Positions 13,850 to 25,252 of a stretch of 64,000 nt of DNA are shown here, piece by piece (position 1 is the stretch's first letter; each line of letters starts with the position of its first letter). Made by a program: the position numbers and the translations under genes. The stretch lies in assembly GCA_028534125.1 (NCBI GenBank), contig CM052817.1:64730001-64794000 (forward strand), read 5' to 3'. The DNA is from Lama glama. Its lineage: Eukaryota. The notes under the pieces are model-generated. The model ran no database searches and was not told the DNA's origin. It was given only the letters and a program-made list of their open reading frames with translations.

Positions 13850-15100
13850 AAAAATTGAAACATACTTGATTTATAATATTGTGTTAGTTTCAGGTGTATA
13901 GCATAGTGATTCAGTTATATATACTTTTCTGATTACATTCCATTATAGGTTATTACAAGGTATTGAATATAATTCCCTGTACTATACAGTAAATAATTGT
14001 TGCTTATCTATTTTATGTATAGTAGTTTTTATCTGTTAATTCCACACTCCTAATTTTTCCTTCCCCTATTCCCTCTCTTCTTTAGTTTTTTTTTTAATTG
14101 AAGTATAGTTGATTTACAATGTTGTGTTAGTTTCTGGTGTACAACATAGTGATTCAGTCATACATATATATATACATATTTTTTCATATTCTTTTTCACT
14201 ATAGGTTATTACAAGGTATTGAACATAGTTCCCTGTGCTATACTGTAGGACATTGTTATTTATCTATTTTATATATAGTAGTTTGTATCTGCTAATCCCT
14301 CCTCTCCTTTCCCCTTTGGTAACCATAAATTTGTTTTTTCTATGTCTGTGTGTCTGTGTCTGTTTTGTAAATAAGTTAATATGTGTCATTTTTTTACATG
14401 CCACATATAAATGATATCACGTGATATTTGTATTCGTTCTCTGTCTGACTTAATTCACTTAGTATGAAAATCTCTAGGTCCATCCATGTTGCTGCAAATG
14501 ATATTATTTTATCTTTTTTTATGACTGAGTATTCCACTGTGTACATCAACATCTTTATCTAGCCATCTGTTGATGGACATTTAGATTGCTTCCATGTCTT
14601 GGCTATTGTAATTTTATTCTTCAACTCTGGGTAAATTCTTTATATTTTCCAACTCTTTCCTAAAAACTTCACTCTGTACCTCTGTACACCTCTTGAGTTC
14701 TCTGAACATCTTTGCCATCATTATTCTAAACTCTTTAGCAGATAGATTGCCTGTCTCCTCCTCACTTATTTCTTCTTCTGGGATTTTATCTTGTGGCTTG
14801 GCCTGGGAGATATTCCTCTGCCACCTCATGTTGTCTATCTTTCTATATATATTTTTAGGTAGGTTAATTACATTTCTCAATCTTGAAGAGGTGACCCTCG
14901 GTGGGATAATGTCCTATGTGTCCCAGCAGTACACTCCTCTTTTGTCACCCAAGGGCCAGGGTCCAGCCAGTGCCAGGGCAGTCTGGGTGTTTGTGGATTC
15001 CTTCCACAGTCTTTGGGATTGTTATTTTCTTATTTCTGCCCCCTGGTGGATAAGGCTGAACTAGAGGCTAATGCAGGCTTCCTGGCAGGAGGAGTGAAAC
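13850..15100 (-). mobile_element. Stacked LINE-1 3' ends plus an ORF1 fragment
   Basis: Repeated gtgtacaacatagtgattcag / tgaatatagttccctgtgctatac motifs; ORF 14614-14880 resembles an L1 ORF1 N-terminus (NLSAKEFRIMM). Confidence 0.75.
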
Positions 15101-15339
15101 ACCTACAAAAGGTTGAACTTAGGCAATTATGAAATTATACCATTGTTAGATTTTTGTTTTCTTGATTTGTGCTTTAGTTTAAAAATAAGAATAAATGTTA
15201 GTTTTAAAGACATGATCATTGCATAAAAAAACCAATTCATAATAGTACATTATGAAGGTAAGAATTAGCTGAAACTTTACAATGCTAGCATAGACACTAT
15301 TGACTTTCAGTGAACATCCTTTCAAAACACTTTTTCTTT

Positions 15340-15406
15340 TGTATTCTGTTCTATTCTATTCTATTTTATTCCATTTCATTCCATTCCATCCCATTCCATT
15401 CTATTC
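15340..15406. repeat. (TTCTA)n/(TTCCA)n pentamer repeat
   Basis: Direct reading. Confidence 0.8.
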
Positions 15407-17761
15407 AAATTATCTATCATATCTATCTACATATGTATCTATAAAAAACATATATAGTCTTCCATAAATGAGATTATACTTAAATCAGTGTTTCTCAAAA
15501 TATGGCTTGTCAAGAACACCCATGGTTACTGGGATCTGCCTCCCAGCTAATGAATAGAGTCCCCCTGTCTTGGGTTTTAGATAGTCCACTTTCAACTTTC
15601 CATTTTATCATTTTCTATTTTTTATTAAGTAATATAAGTGCATAACAAAAGTTAAAATAGAACAGAAGGACTTATAATGAGAAAACAATTTATCACTCCC
15701 AACTTCACTAAACATAGGTATGCACACTTAAAATTTCCTGTTTTTAGATCTTCTGGTAGTTACTCTGTAGAATGAAATAATATGCCTGTACCTTATTTAT
15801 CAATTTTAAACAAAATATATTAATATATTGTGAAAGGTACAGCCAGCTCTGTTTTTTCCTCTTCCTTAGGGTTTCTCATTATTATTTTTAGTTCTTCTTT
15901 TGGTTATATTTACAATTTTAAATTGAAATGAGAGGTGTCAGATGATTAGTATTTAATTCTTTCATTTTTACTTTACTCACCTCTTACTTTACTTTTTGTT
16001 TTGATCAGTCCAGATGGGAGGTGAGATAGACCTTCAGGTTAAATTAAGTCTTTGTTCACTCTACTTGAGAAACAAAATAATAATGTCTCTCTATTTCAAA
16101 AATTTTATTCCTTTCTTTAGTCATCAAACTTTAAAAACTGTGTCTATTAATATATGCCATACCTTGGGATAGTCACTAGGGAATAAAAAGGTTAATAAGA
16201 GAATCATGGCAGCTACTCATCACAGACCTCTTTCCAGTTTTTATTTGAATGTGAGCCAATGTATGTAAGACTTTCTACAAAATACCCAAGCTATGTGAAC
16301 CCTATAAACCTGTGACTCAGGATCTGTCTATCTCAGAGTTTCCTCATCTGTGTAAGTAGTAGGTTGCACTAGATGATCTATGAGGAGTCATATCTTAATT
16401 TTACTATGTATATTAATGAATCTAGGGCAAATGTAGGCACTCAGTGATTAAATCACCCAATACGTTTTGTTTGTTTGTTTCTTCATTAAACAGAACTATA
16501 GCTGTGGAATATTTTTATCCAATTCATTATCCCTTTCCTTGTAATTTCAAGCACTGTTGTTCTCTGTATTAGTCTCTTTTAGCCTTTTGATAATTCTGTT
16601 GGCAGTTCCTTCCAACTCTTCTTTACTTTTTTTTTTTGACAAGTATTTATTGAACATCTACTATGTTTCCAGCCACACACAGAGCTAAGGGAAATTTCAA
16701 ACAGAAGAAACCAATGCAAAAACTTCAGGTGTTAATGAGCTTGGCACATTTGAGGAATTGAAAGAATATCCTGGAGCTCTTGTAGAATGAGCAAGGAATG
16801 GTAGGAAGTGAGATGGCCAAGAGAGGAATGTCTTTGGTTCAAGCACCAGCCTGACAACCTGTAAGCATCCTGAGGGAGCACTCCTCACACCATCCGACTT
16901 AGATTGCTTACTTCTAGAATCTTCACCTATGGACTTCTGTTTATAGACTCTTGTGTCTTCTCTTGCTAAAAAATACATTGCACCTTTCTTTCTTTGTTTC
17001 TTTCTTTGAATTGTTTTGAGGTTTTCAATGGAGAACTTGAGCAGGAGTAGGGTCTTGTCCTGGCCTTCCTCATTTAATTTAATCCCCTTTGTTGCAAAGG
17101 GATAAAAAAAATTACCCTAATATAACTATTGGATTTTGTTTTATCAGCTATTCATTTTCTTCCAATAGGTTATAAGTATAGTGATTTATACTTATGTTTT
17201 CTGCAAAGAGTTTTTATAGTTGTAGCTCTTTCATTTAGGTCCTTGATCCATTCCGAGCCAATTTTTTGTACATGGGGTGGAATAAGGATCCGACTTTATC
17301 CTTTTGCATGTGAGTATCAAGTTGTCTCAGCATTATTAGTTGAAAACAACTTCTTTCCCCAGTGAATGGTCTTGACACCCTTGTGAAAAATCAATTAATC
17401 ATTAATGTCTGGGTTATAAACAATAAACTGGGGCAATTGTAGGGCTCAGTTCATTTGTTTCTCTGCACTTCAGAATACTGTCTTTCATTGCCTAATGTTC
17501 ACTGTCTTACAAACCATTGTCACATATGGATGTAAAAGATATACAGATTATGTGTATGTATATATTACATGCATATATATGTTTTATATACATATATTAT
17601 ACATGTATAATTTTTTTCAATTTTTTTCAGATGAGAGGGTAAATCTAGTCTCTGTTATTTCATCTTAACCAGAAGTGGAAATCTGAGAATAGTTTAGGTT
17701 TTTTTTTCAAATGGTTATTTTTTAATGTGGGAGAAAAAAAGGACATGTGATCTGCTTTCTT

Positions 17762-20597
17762 TTTTTTGTTGTTGTTGTTTAAATGCAAAGATAAGAAACA
17801 ACTATGTTCATAGCAGCACTATTTACAATAGCCAAAACATGGAAACAACCTAAATGTCCATCAACAGGTGACTGGATAAAGAAGATGTGGTATATTTATA
17901 CAATGGAATACTACTCAGCCATAAAAATGGACAACATAATGCCATTTGCAGCAACATGGATGCTCCTAGAGAATGTCATTCTAAGTGAAGTAAGCCAGAA
18001 AGAGAAAGAAAAATACCATATGAGATCGCTCATATGTGGAATCTAAAAAACAAAAACAAACAAACAAAAACAAAGCATAAATACAGGACAGAAATAGACT
18101 CATGGACAGAGAATACAGACTTGTGGTTNNNNNNNNNNNNNNNNNNNNNNNNNNNNNNNNNNNNNNNNNNNNNNNNNNNNNNNNNNNNNNNNNNNNNNNN
18201 NNNNNNNNNNNNNNNNNNNNNNNNNNNNNNNNNNNNNNNNNNNNNNNNNNNNNNNNNNNNNNNNNNNNNNNNNNNNNNNNNNNNNNNNNNNNNNNNNNNN
18301 NNNNNNNNNNNNNNNNNNNNNNNNNNNNNNNNNNNNNNNNNNNNNNNNNNNNNNNNNNNNNNNNNNNNNNNNNNNNNNNNNNNNNNNNNNNNNNNNNNNN
18401 NNNNNNNNNNNNNNNNNNNNNNNNNNNNNNNNNNNNNNNNNNNNNNNNNNNNNNNNNNNNNNNNNNNNNNNNNNNNNNNNNNNNNNNNNNNNNNNNNNNN
18501 NNNNNNNNNNNNNNNNNNNNNNNNNNNNNNNNNNNNNNNNNNNNNNNNNNNNNNNNNNNNNNNNNNNNNNNNNNNNNNNNNNNNNNNNNNNNNNNNNNNN
18601 NNNNNNNNNNNNNNNNNNNNNNNNNNNNAACATAATGCCATTTGCAGCAACATGGATGCTCCTAGAGAATGTCATTCTAAGTGAAGTAAGCCAGAAAGAG
18701 AAAGAAAAATACCATATGAGATCGCTCATATGTGGAATCTAAAAAACAAAAACAAACAAACAAAAACAAAGCATAAATACAGGACAGAAATAGACTCATG
18801 GACAGAGAATACAGACTTGTGGTTACCCGGGGCGGGGGTAGGGGGTGGGAAGGGATAGACTGGGATTTCAAAATTGTAGAATAGATAAACAAGACTACAC
18901 TGTATAGCACAGGGAAATATACACCAAATGTTATGATAAATCACAGAGAAAAAAATGTGACAATGAGTGTGTATATGTCCATGAATGACTGAAAAATTGT
19001 GCTGAACACTGGAATTTGACACAATACTGTAAAATGATTATGAATCAATAAAAAATGTAAAAAAAACATATAATGTAAAAGCATCTGAAAAGAAAAAAAT
19101 ATATATGTACAACTGAATTGGCTGTACACCTGAAACTAACATTGTAAATCAACACTTTAATAAAAGAATTGTTTTTTAAATGGTTAAAAAAAAAAGATAA
19201 GAAACAACTTATTATAGACAGGAAAAATTTCTCATCCAAAATATAGAAATCCGTACAACTTTGCTACAATCAATATACATGAACTGTACAAATTTACATC
19301 AGTTCATGATTTACCAATTAAAAGATGACTAACAACGTCCACAAAATAGATGGTGGTTTGTGGAAAAGGCTTTTACCCAATTAAGTACAAGAAAAGTTAC
19401 AAACCAGACCTCCACTTTCTAAAAATAATAAGTTTACTTGATCTTTGAAAACTGCAAGCTAGGAAATGTACAGAGAGCTGGCTGGTGCTAACACCATAGT
19501 TGAGACAGAGTCTTTTCAAGGGTCTTTTTAAAAGCCTGTTGCCATGGCGGGTTCTAGTCACTTGTTACTTTCAAGGCCCAAAACACAATACAAGTTCTGA
19601 CCATTTCCTCAGGTTATGCTTACTAATTTTTCTATTGTATATTTATACATATTAAAGTGCCAGGTAAAAGTCTTGTCGTAACATTTCCAGTATTATCATG
19701 TTTAAAATGCTGCACTTCTCTATTGAGTTGCCAAAACAGGTAACAATTTAAGTGTAATAGTGCAGATTTCCTCTGCAAGTTCTACTGCAGCGAAAGGTTC
19801 TTTGAAATACAGATTTGAGTTAAAGGGACTGATGTAAAAATTTAGGTATAATGTATGGGAGAAACTCAAACTATCCTAGGACTTCACTCCCTAGCAAGTA
19901 AAGTGATCATTTACTCGGACTAACAGACTATTACATCATTGAAAGGTACTGTCCAAACTATGACACTGCCACTTAAAACATTTTTTTACCACTCTATCTT
20001 GTGCCAGATCTTCACAGCTGTGACATGGTTTAAATTCCATAATCCATCCCCAAGAGGAGCCCACCAAAAGCAAAAGTCAAATTTATCCATTCATTATGAG
20101 ATGATCCGTCCGTAGACTGTATCTTAACCTGATACAGTCATTATATTGTAGTTTTTGGACTTGTTCTGCCCAGGAGAAGTTCCTCTTTACCGTTGATTCT
20201 GCTGTCTACCATTTGCATGTCGGTGCTGTTTTGGGTGCTAGCTCCTGCTGGTGAGGCCTCGTACAGCACACAGTTGGAGCCATCCTCTGTAGTTCTGTAG
20301 GACACTTTGTCGGGGTCAACCCAGAGTGTGAGTTCACTTGGGAGAAGCCTGAACAGCTCCTGACTGCTCAGTCCAATCTGCTGTGCTGCCTGTCCAAACA
20401 GACGATCCATTTTATGGTTGATGTGAATACAATGGTAACCTGATTCCTTACATGGCTTTTCTGGGAACCAGTGATGTTTATAATGTTCTGCCAGCAGCTC
20501 CTGCAGGCTATGGCTGAAGGTCTGCAGCTGTTGCTCACTCGTGAGCCCCTTGATGTGGAGGAACTTGGAGATGAAGGACATGGCGGCGGCGGTGGCA
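17762..20597 (-). pseudogene. BTG1: BTG1 processed pseudogene (5'-truncated CDS, 3' UTR, degenerate poly(A)), interrupted by an L1 at 17804-19192
   Basis: ORF 20141-20581 matches BTG1 (SFISKFL...[13 protein letters not shown]...[11 protein letters not shown]) with no intron; 3' UTR 19193-20130; tail remnant 17762-17781; TSD atctgct(t/c)tctt at 17750-17761 and 20598-20609. Confidence 0.93.
17804..19192 (+). mobile_element. 5'-truncated young LINE-1 with an extra 3' segment (apparent transduction), spanning an N gap
   Basis: ORF2 C-terminus and 3' UTR; perfect 17-bp TSD AAAGATAAGAAACAACT at 17787-17803 and 19193-19209. Confidence 0.9.
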
Positions 20598-20960
20598 ATC
20601 TGCTCTCTTGACAGCTGTTAAAGTGCACAGCACATTATTGTTAAACTGTAAACACAATGTTGTACAGCAGATCTCTAGAATGTTTGCATCTTTCATAACT
20701 GAAATTTTATACACATTGAAGAGCAGCTCCCTATTTTCCCTTGGCCTAGCCCCTGGCAATCACCATTCCATTTTCTACTGCTTATGTGTTTGACTACCTT
20801 AGATACATCATATAAGGGGAATCATGCAGTCTTTCTGTGACTGACTTATTTCACTTAAAATGTCCTTCAGTTTCATCCAAATTATCACATATGACAAGAT
20901 TTCCTTCTTTTATAAGGCTGCTGAATATTCTGTTGTATGTATATACCAGATTTCTTTATT

Positions 20961-21626
20961 CAAACATTCTAGTGTAAATGGGAACTCCTGCAGCAAAAAG
21001 GAAGGGGCCCACATCAGCAGTCATCAGTCTTCTGAACCTTAAAGGAAAGCCAGCAAACCAGCTGCTTGCTCTCAGGACATTTTGCAGTTGTTTTGTTGGC
21101 CAGGAACAGCAAAAGCTCATAATGTTCCATGCAGGAGAACGGAAATCAGGGAGCAATAAGAATATCCACGTCGCTCTGGTTACATTGATCCTGAAATATT
21201 CTGTTTGTTTTTGTAAAGATCATAACATTGAAAGGAAAGCTCAGTGCATTTCAGTAATTAGCTGACAGTCTTGGAAGTTGTACAAAACCTGGAAGCCACT
21301 TTTAGACTTCTTGTGGCTCTTGGGATACTTATCAGTCGCAGTGAGAACACTGAACAATTAGCCGAGTCTTTAGGTGTTGATTTTCAAATAAAAAATTATG
21401 CTCCAGTATCAAAACCAGCTAAGATAAGTGAATGCTGTAGACTTATCATAAATTTGCTGTAACAATGGGAAAGAGGGCTGAGATTTTAAACTGATTAATT
21501 TTTTCCCCTCACATTTTACATGACATATGATGAAAAAAAGAGAATGCTATAGACTAGAATTTCATATCTCATATAGTAGGAGGGAAAGGGCAACAAAGGA
21601 GAAATAAATTTTTTACATTGAAAAAA
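20961..21626 (+). pseudogene. PLAA: PLAA 3' retro-fragment (C-terminal PUL domain, 3' UTR, AATAAA, short A tract)
   Basis: [15 protein letters not shown]...KSGSNKNIH...[11 protein letters not shown]...[11 protein letters not shown] with frameshifts and a deletion; AATAAA 21603-21608, A-run 21621-21626. Confidence 0.9.
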
Positions 21627-21636
21627 CACCCATTGG

Positions 21637-22127
21637 GAATACTATTCAGCCATAAAGACCAACAACATAATGCCATTTGCAGCAACATGGGTGCTCCTGG
21701 ACAATGTCAGTCTAAGTGAAGTAAGCCAGAAAGAGAAAGAAAAATACCATATGAGATTGCTCATATGTGGAATCTAAAAAAAAAAAAAAAAAAAAAAAAA
21801 AGAAGAACACAAATACAAAACAGAAACAGACTCATAGAGATAGAATACAAACTTGTGGTTGCCAAGGGGGTGGGGGGTAGAAAGGGACAGAATGGGATTT
21901 CAAAATTCATAGATACTGACAGGCATATGTAGAACAGATAAACAAGATTATACTGCATAGCACAAGGAAATATATACAAGATCTTGTGGTAGCTCACAGT
22001 GAAAAAAAAAGTGGCAATGAATATATGTATGTTCATGTATAACTGAAAAATTGTGCTCTACACTGGAATTTGATGCAACAATGTAAAATAACTATAACTC
22101 AATTAAAAAAAGTTTAAAAAACAAAAC
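21637..22127 (+). mobile_element. 5'-truncated young LINE-1 3' end
   Basis: Same family as 3340-3774; TSD aaaacacc(c/t)attgg at 21623-21636 and 22128-22141. Confidence 0.85.
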
Positions 22128-24489
22128 AAAACACCTATTGGTCGTTCAGGAGTATGTTGTGATTTTTTTCAGCTTTCCTTCATTACTGATGTCTAGTTTC
22201 ATTCTTTTGTGTTTGGAAAAGATACTTAATATAATTTCATTCTTAAATTTATTAATACTTGTTTTGTGACCTAAAATATGTATATCCTAGAGAATGTTTC
22301 ATGTGCACTTGAGAGAAATGCTGATTTTGATGGAGTGTTCTGTATATGTCTATTTGGTCTAAGTTGTTGTGCAAGTCCATTACTTCCTTATTCATTTTCT
22401 GTCTGGATGATTCAGAACCTCATATTTTGCTTGATGGTGTCCCATAATTTACGTAAACTTCCTTCACTAATTTGAATTGAATTGATTGTCTCTATCTGGA
22501 TTCCTTTGTAGCTTGCTAAGCTTCCTTCAAACAATTATTTTAAGTTCTTCGTCAGGCAGTTTGTACATCTCCGTTTCCTTGAGGCTTGTTACAGGAAAAT
22601 TATTATGTTTCTTTGGTAGTGTCATGTTTCCTTGATTTTTCATGTTCCTTGAAGTCTTGTGTTGCTGTCTTCACATTTGAAGAAGCAGTTACCTTCACCA
22701 GTCTTTATCAGCTGATTTTACTCTGTCTGTTAGTCCAGTTTGGGATTTGGGGTTTTTCTCAGACCTTTCTGTTGATGTACCTGTACAATACTTCTTTTTG
22801 CTTCCTGAATGAGGGGAATTCTTAAACTTTTTATTTGCCTTCTCTCAACCCTGCAAAGCCAGTCCAAGTGTTGAGAGCCCCCAGTTTGTTTGTCTAGAAT
22901 GGTGCCCGAACTGCTCATGCCTGTGAGCCTTCTCTTCTTCCTGCAGAGTTGGGCCAGTTTTCTGCACTTGCAAACTAGCTATCTGCCAAGGCTTGCTCTT
23001 GCTAGCCATGGATAGGGGGAGGGACTGGAGTGTTTAGATGAGGCACTTAGAGGGTTAGGGGTGATGGTGGGTCAGCAGCTGGGGGTCCATAGATGAGGCA
23101 CTCCAGTGACTCATGGACACAGTTAGTAGAAAGAACCATAAAGCAGTTGGTAGAGTCTTTTTGATGAATTCTGAGCCCTGGCTGCTATGCTTCCAGCCTC
23201 TGTCCCCGCTGCCCTTCCACCCCCTCCCAGTTCTGCAGACTACCTCAGTAATTTGAGTTAAGTGAGAAAGAAGTGGGCCTCTTAGGAAGTGTCTCTCATG
23301 GTTGGGGAAGCTGGATGCTCATTCTTGTGCTCCCACTTTCTCCCTTGGGAGAAATTGCCTGTCACAGGGATCTCTCTTGGCACCAAGCGGAGCTGTCTTG
23401 GGATGAGCAATGCAGACAGTGAAATGTTCCTTTTACCCTCTTCAGTGTGTCTGTCTTGGATTCTTTTGCTCCAACAATGAGCTAGAACTTCACTGTTGAA
23501 CCTTCAGACTCCTACAAAGGTACTCTCATCCCTGAGTGGCTGCCATGTCGGTGTTCTGTGGGAGGTTGAAGGTTAAGAACTTCTATTCTGCCATCTTGCT
23601 GGTGTCACTCCCAGACAACTCTCTTTTCTTAGCATAGCAGTTCTATATATTTTTTTTAGTAATTGTCCTAGGGTTTGCAATATACATTTACAGCTAATCC
23701 AGGTCCACTTTCAAATAACACTATACTGCTTCATGAGTAGTGAGCATCTTATAATAACAAAATATTTCTAATTCCTCCCTCTTTCCCCTTGTATCATTGC
23801 TGTCATTCATTTCACTTATTTATAAGCATATAATGTATATACACAAGCATACATAATTAAATACATTTTTGCTATTATTACTTTGAACAAACTTTTTTTT
23901 ATTTCATTTTAGAAAAAGTAAAAGTTTTTACTTTTCATTCACTTACTCTTTCTCTGATGCTCTTCTTTTCTTTATGCAGATCTGAGTCTGACCTATATAA
24001 TTCTCCTTTTTCCAAAAGAGATATTTGGGTTTGTATATCCTTATTAAATTGGTGTTTCTGTGGAGAAAGGAGGACTAAGATTTCCTATTCTGCCATTTTG
24101 CTGGCCTCACTCTCTGGGATTAGTTTTTTATTTGTAATCCCAGGACTTATTTTCAGTTTTATTTTGCAGGTAATGCATAATTAGTTTGAATGGGGTTCAA
24201 ATTTTGTCTTAGAATCTAATAAAATAATATTACTCAGGTAATAACCTGAATTATTATGGAAACTATGGTAACTGTTTAAAGTATCAGTTTTTAATCTATA
24301 AAACTTGATTTTTGTTGTTCAGACAGTTACATAGGAGAGTTTATAGGAAGCACTTCATAAAATTCTTATAAGTAGTGCTCAGAAAGACCACTTGTTATAA
24401 TTTAAAAATTCATGTCTACATGAGATTAATTCAATTTGTAGTCACAATTGATATTTGATACCCTTTCTCTGTGCCCAAAACTGATATGC

Positions 24490-25252
24490 CACAATATTGT
24501 TGAATTTGGTTGTCTCAAGTATAAAATCAGTGCCCAAACCAGTCATTTCTACCACCACCTGATGGTCGAGCATTTTGAAGTTCTGAGAGTTGAGGCAGTC
24601 CCTCAAAGCTTCCCTGGGACTTTTCTCCTCATTGATGTTAGTGCTGATCAGCCCAGTGGAAGCACCAGGTGCTCTGCACTTCAAGATGATGGCTGAACAC
24701 ATGCCCCCATGTTCATTGGTCATATGAGTGGGACATGTGACCTGAGCACTCAGGACATGTGTTCAACTTCTATTGCTGTGTGGACCTGTGTCATCAGCAA
24801 AACCACCACCACTTTGATTGATTTGGCATTGTTAGTTCATTGTATAGACCATGTCTCTGAAACACTCAGGCATGCCTAACAATAGCTCTGTAGAGTGTGG
24901 ACAATTCCTCATTTTTATACCTGTACTCTCCTATCGGATAATACATACTGTGAACATTCTTGTACCATAAAAGTGGTAAAAATCTTCCTCTGAAAATAAA
25001 TCTACTACTTCCATCCAATCTATCCAGCAAGAGGGAGTTTATTTTTCTGCAGTGACAGAGAAGAATACAGTAACAGGAGTTAAATAAAACAGCTTAGCTC
25101 TGTCTATATTCTTGTGACAAAGTAGACAATTTTGATGAGAAGTTGTCAAAGAAAGAAACCAACTCTTCATTTTTAGGAAAAGATACTTATGGGGCCTGTA
25201 AGGGGATTATACTCTCTGCATCACCAAAGAGGAAACATGAGAATATTATCAG
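24490..25252 (-). pseudogene. Second, more decayed ADH pseudogene: exon 4 25164-25252, partial exon 5 ~24940-25045, exon 6 ~24490-24715
   Basis: DNILMFPLW*CREY (vs [14 protein letters not shown]) with AG/GT ends; LDGSSRFIFRG/FYHFYGT; GGMCSAIILKCRAPGAS...NINEEK...DCLNSQNFK...VVVEMTGLGTDF. Same tight exon 4-5-6 spacing as the intact gene. Confidence 0.85.

Larger units (their letters stand above)
17715..23610 (-). mobile_element. Old LINE-1 (L1M-type) fragments hosting the retrocopies: 3' end 17715-17761 plus 20598-20960; ORF2/ORF1/5' parts 22128-23610
   Basis: Antisense L1 3'-end motif (tgttgtacagcagatctctagaa) continues across the BTG1 insertion; L1 5'-like ctgccatcttg near 23590. Confidence 0.6.

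Noticed and set aside
16697..16978. ORF with SIGE...DGVRS, a candidate ADH exon 3 for the distal pseudogene
   Set aside because: Wrong spacing and no GHE or Cys46 context. I could not locate exons 1-3 of that pseudogene.
18030..18729. ORFs of about 200 aa in several frames
   Set aside because: Artefacts of translating through the N gap.
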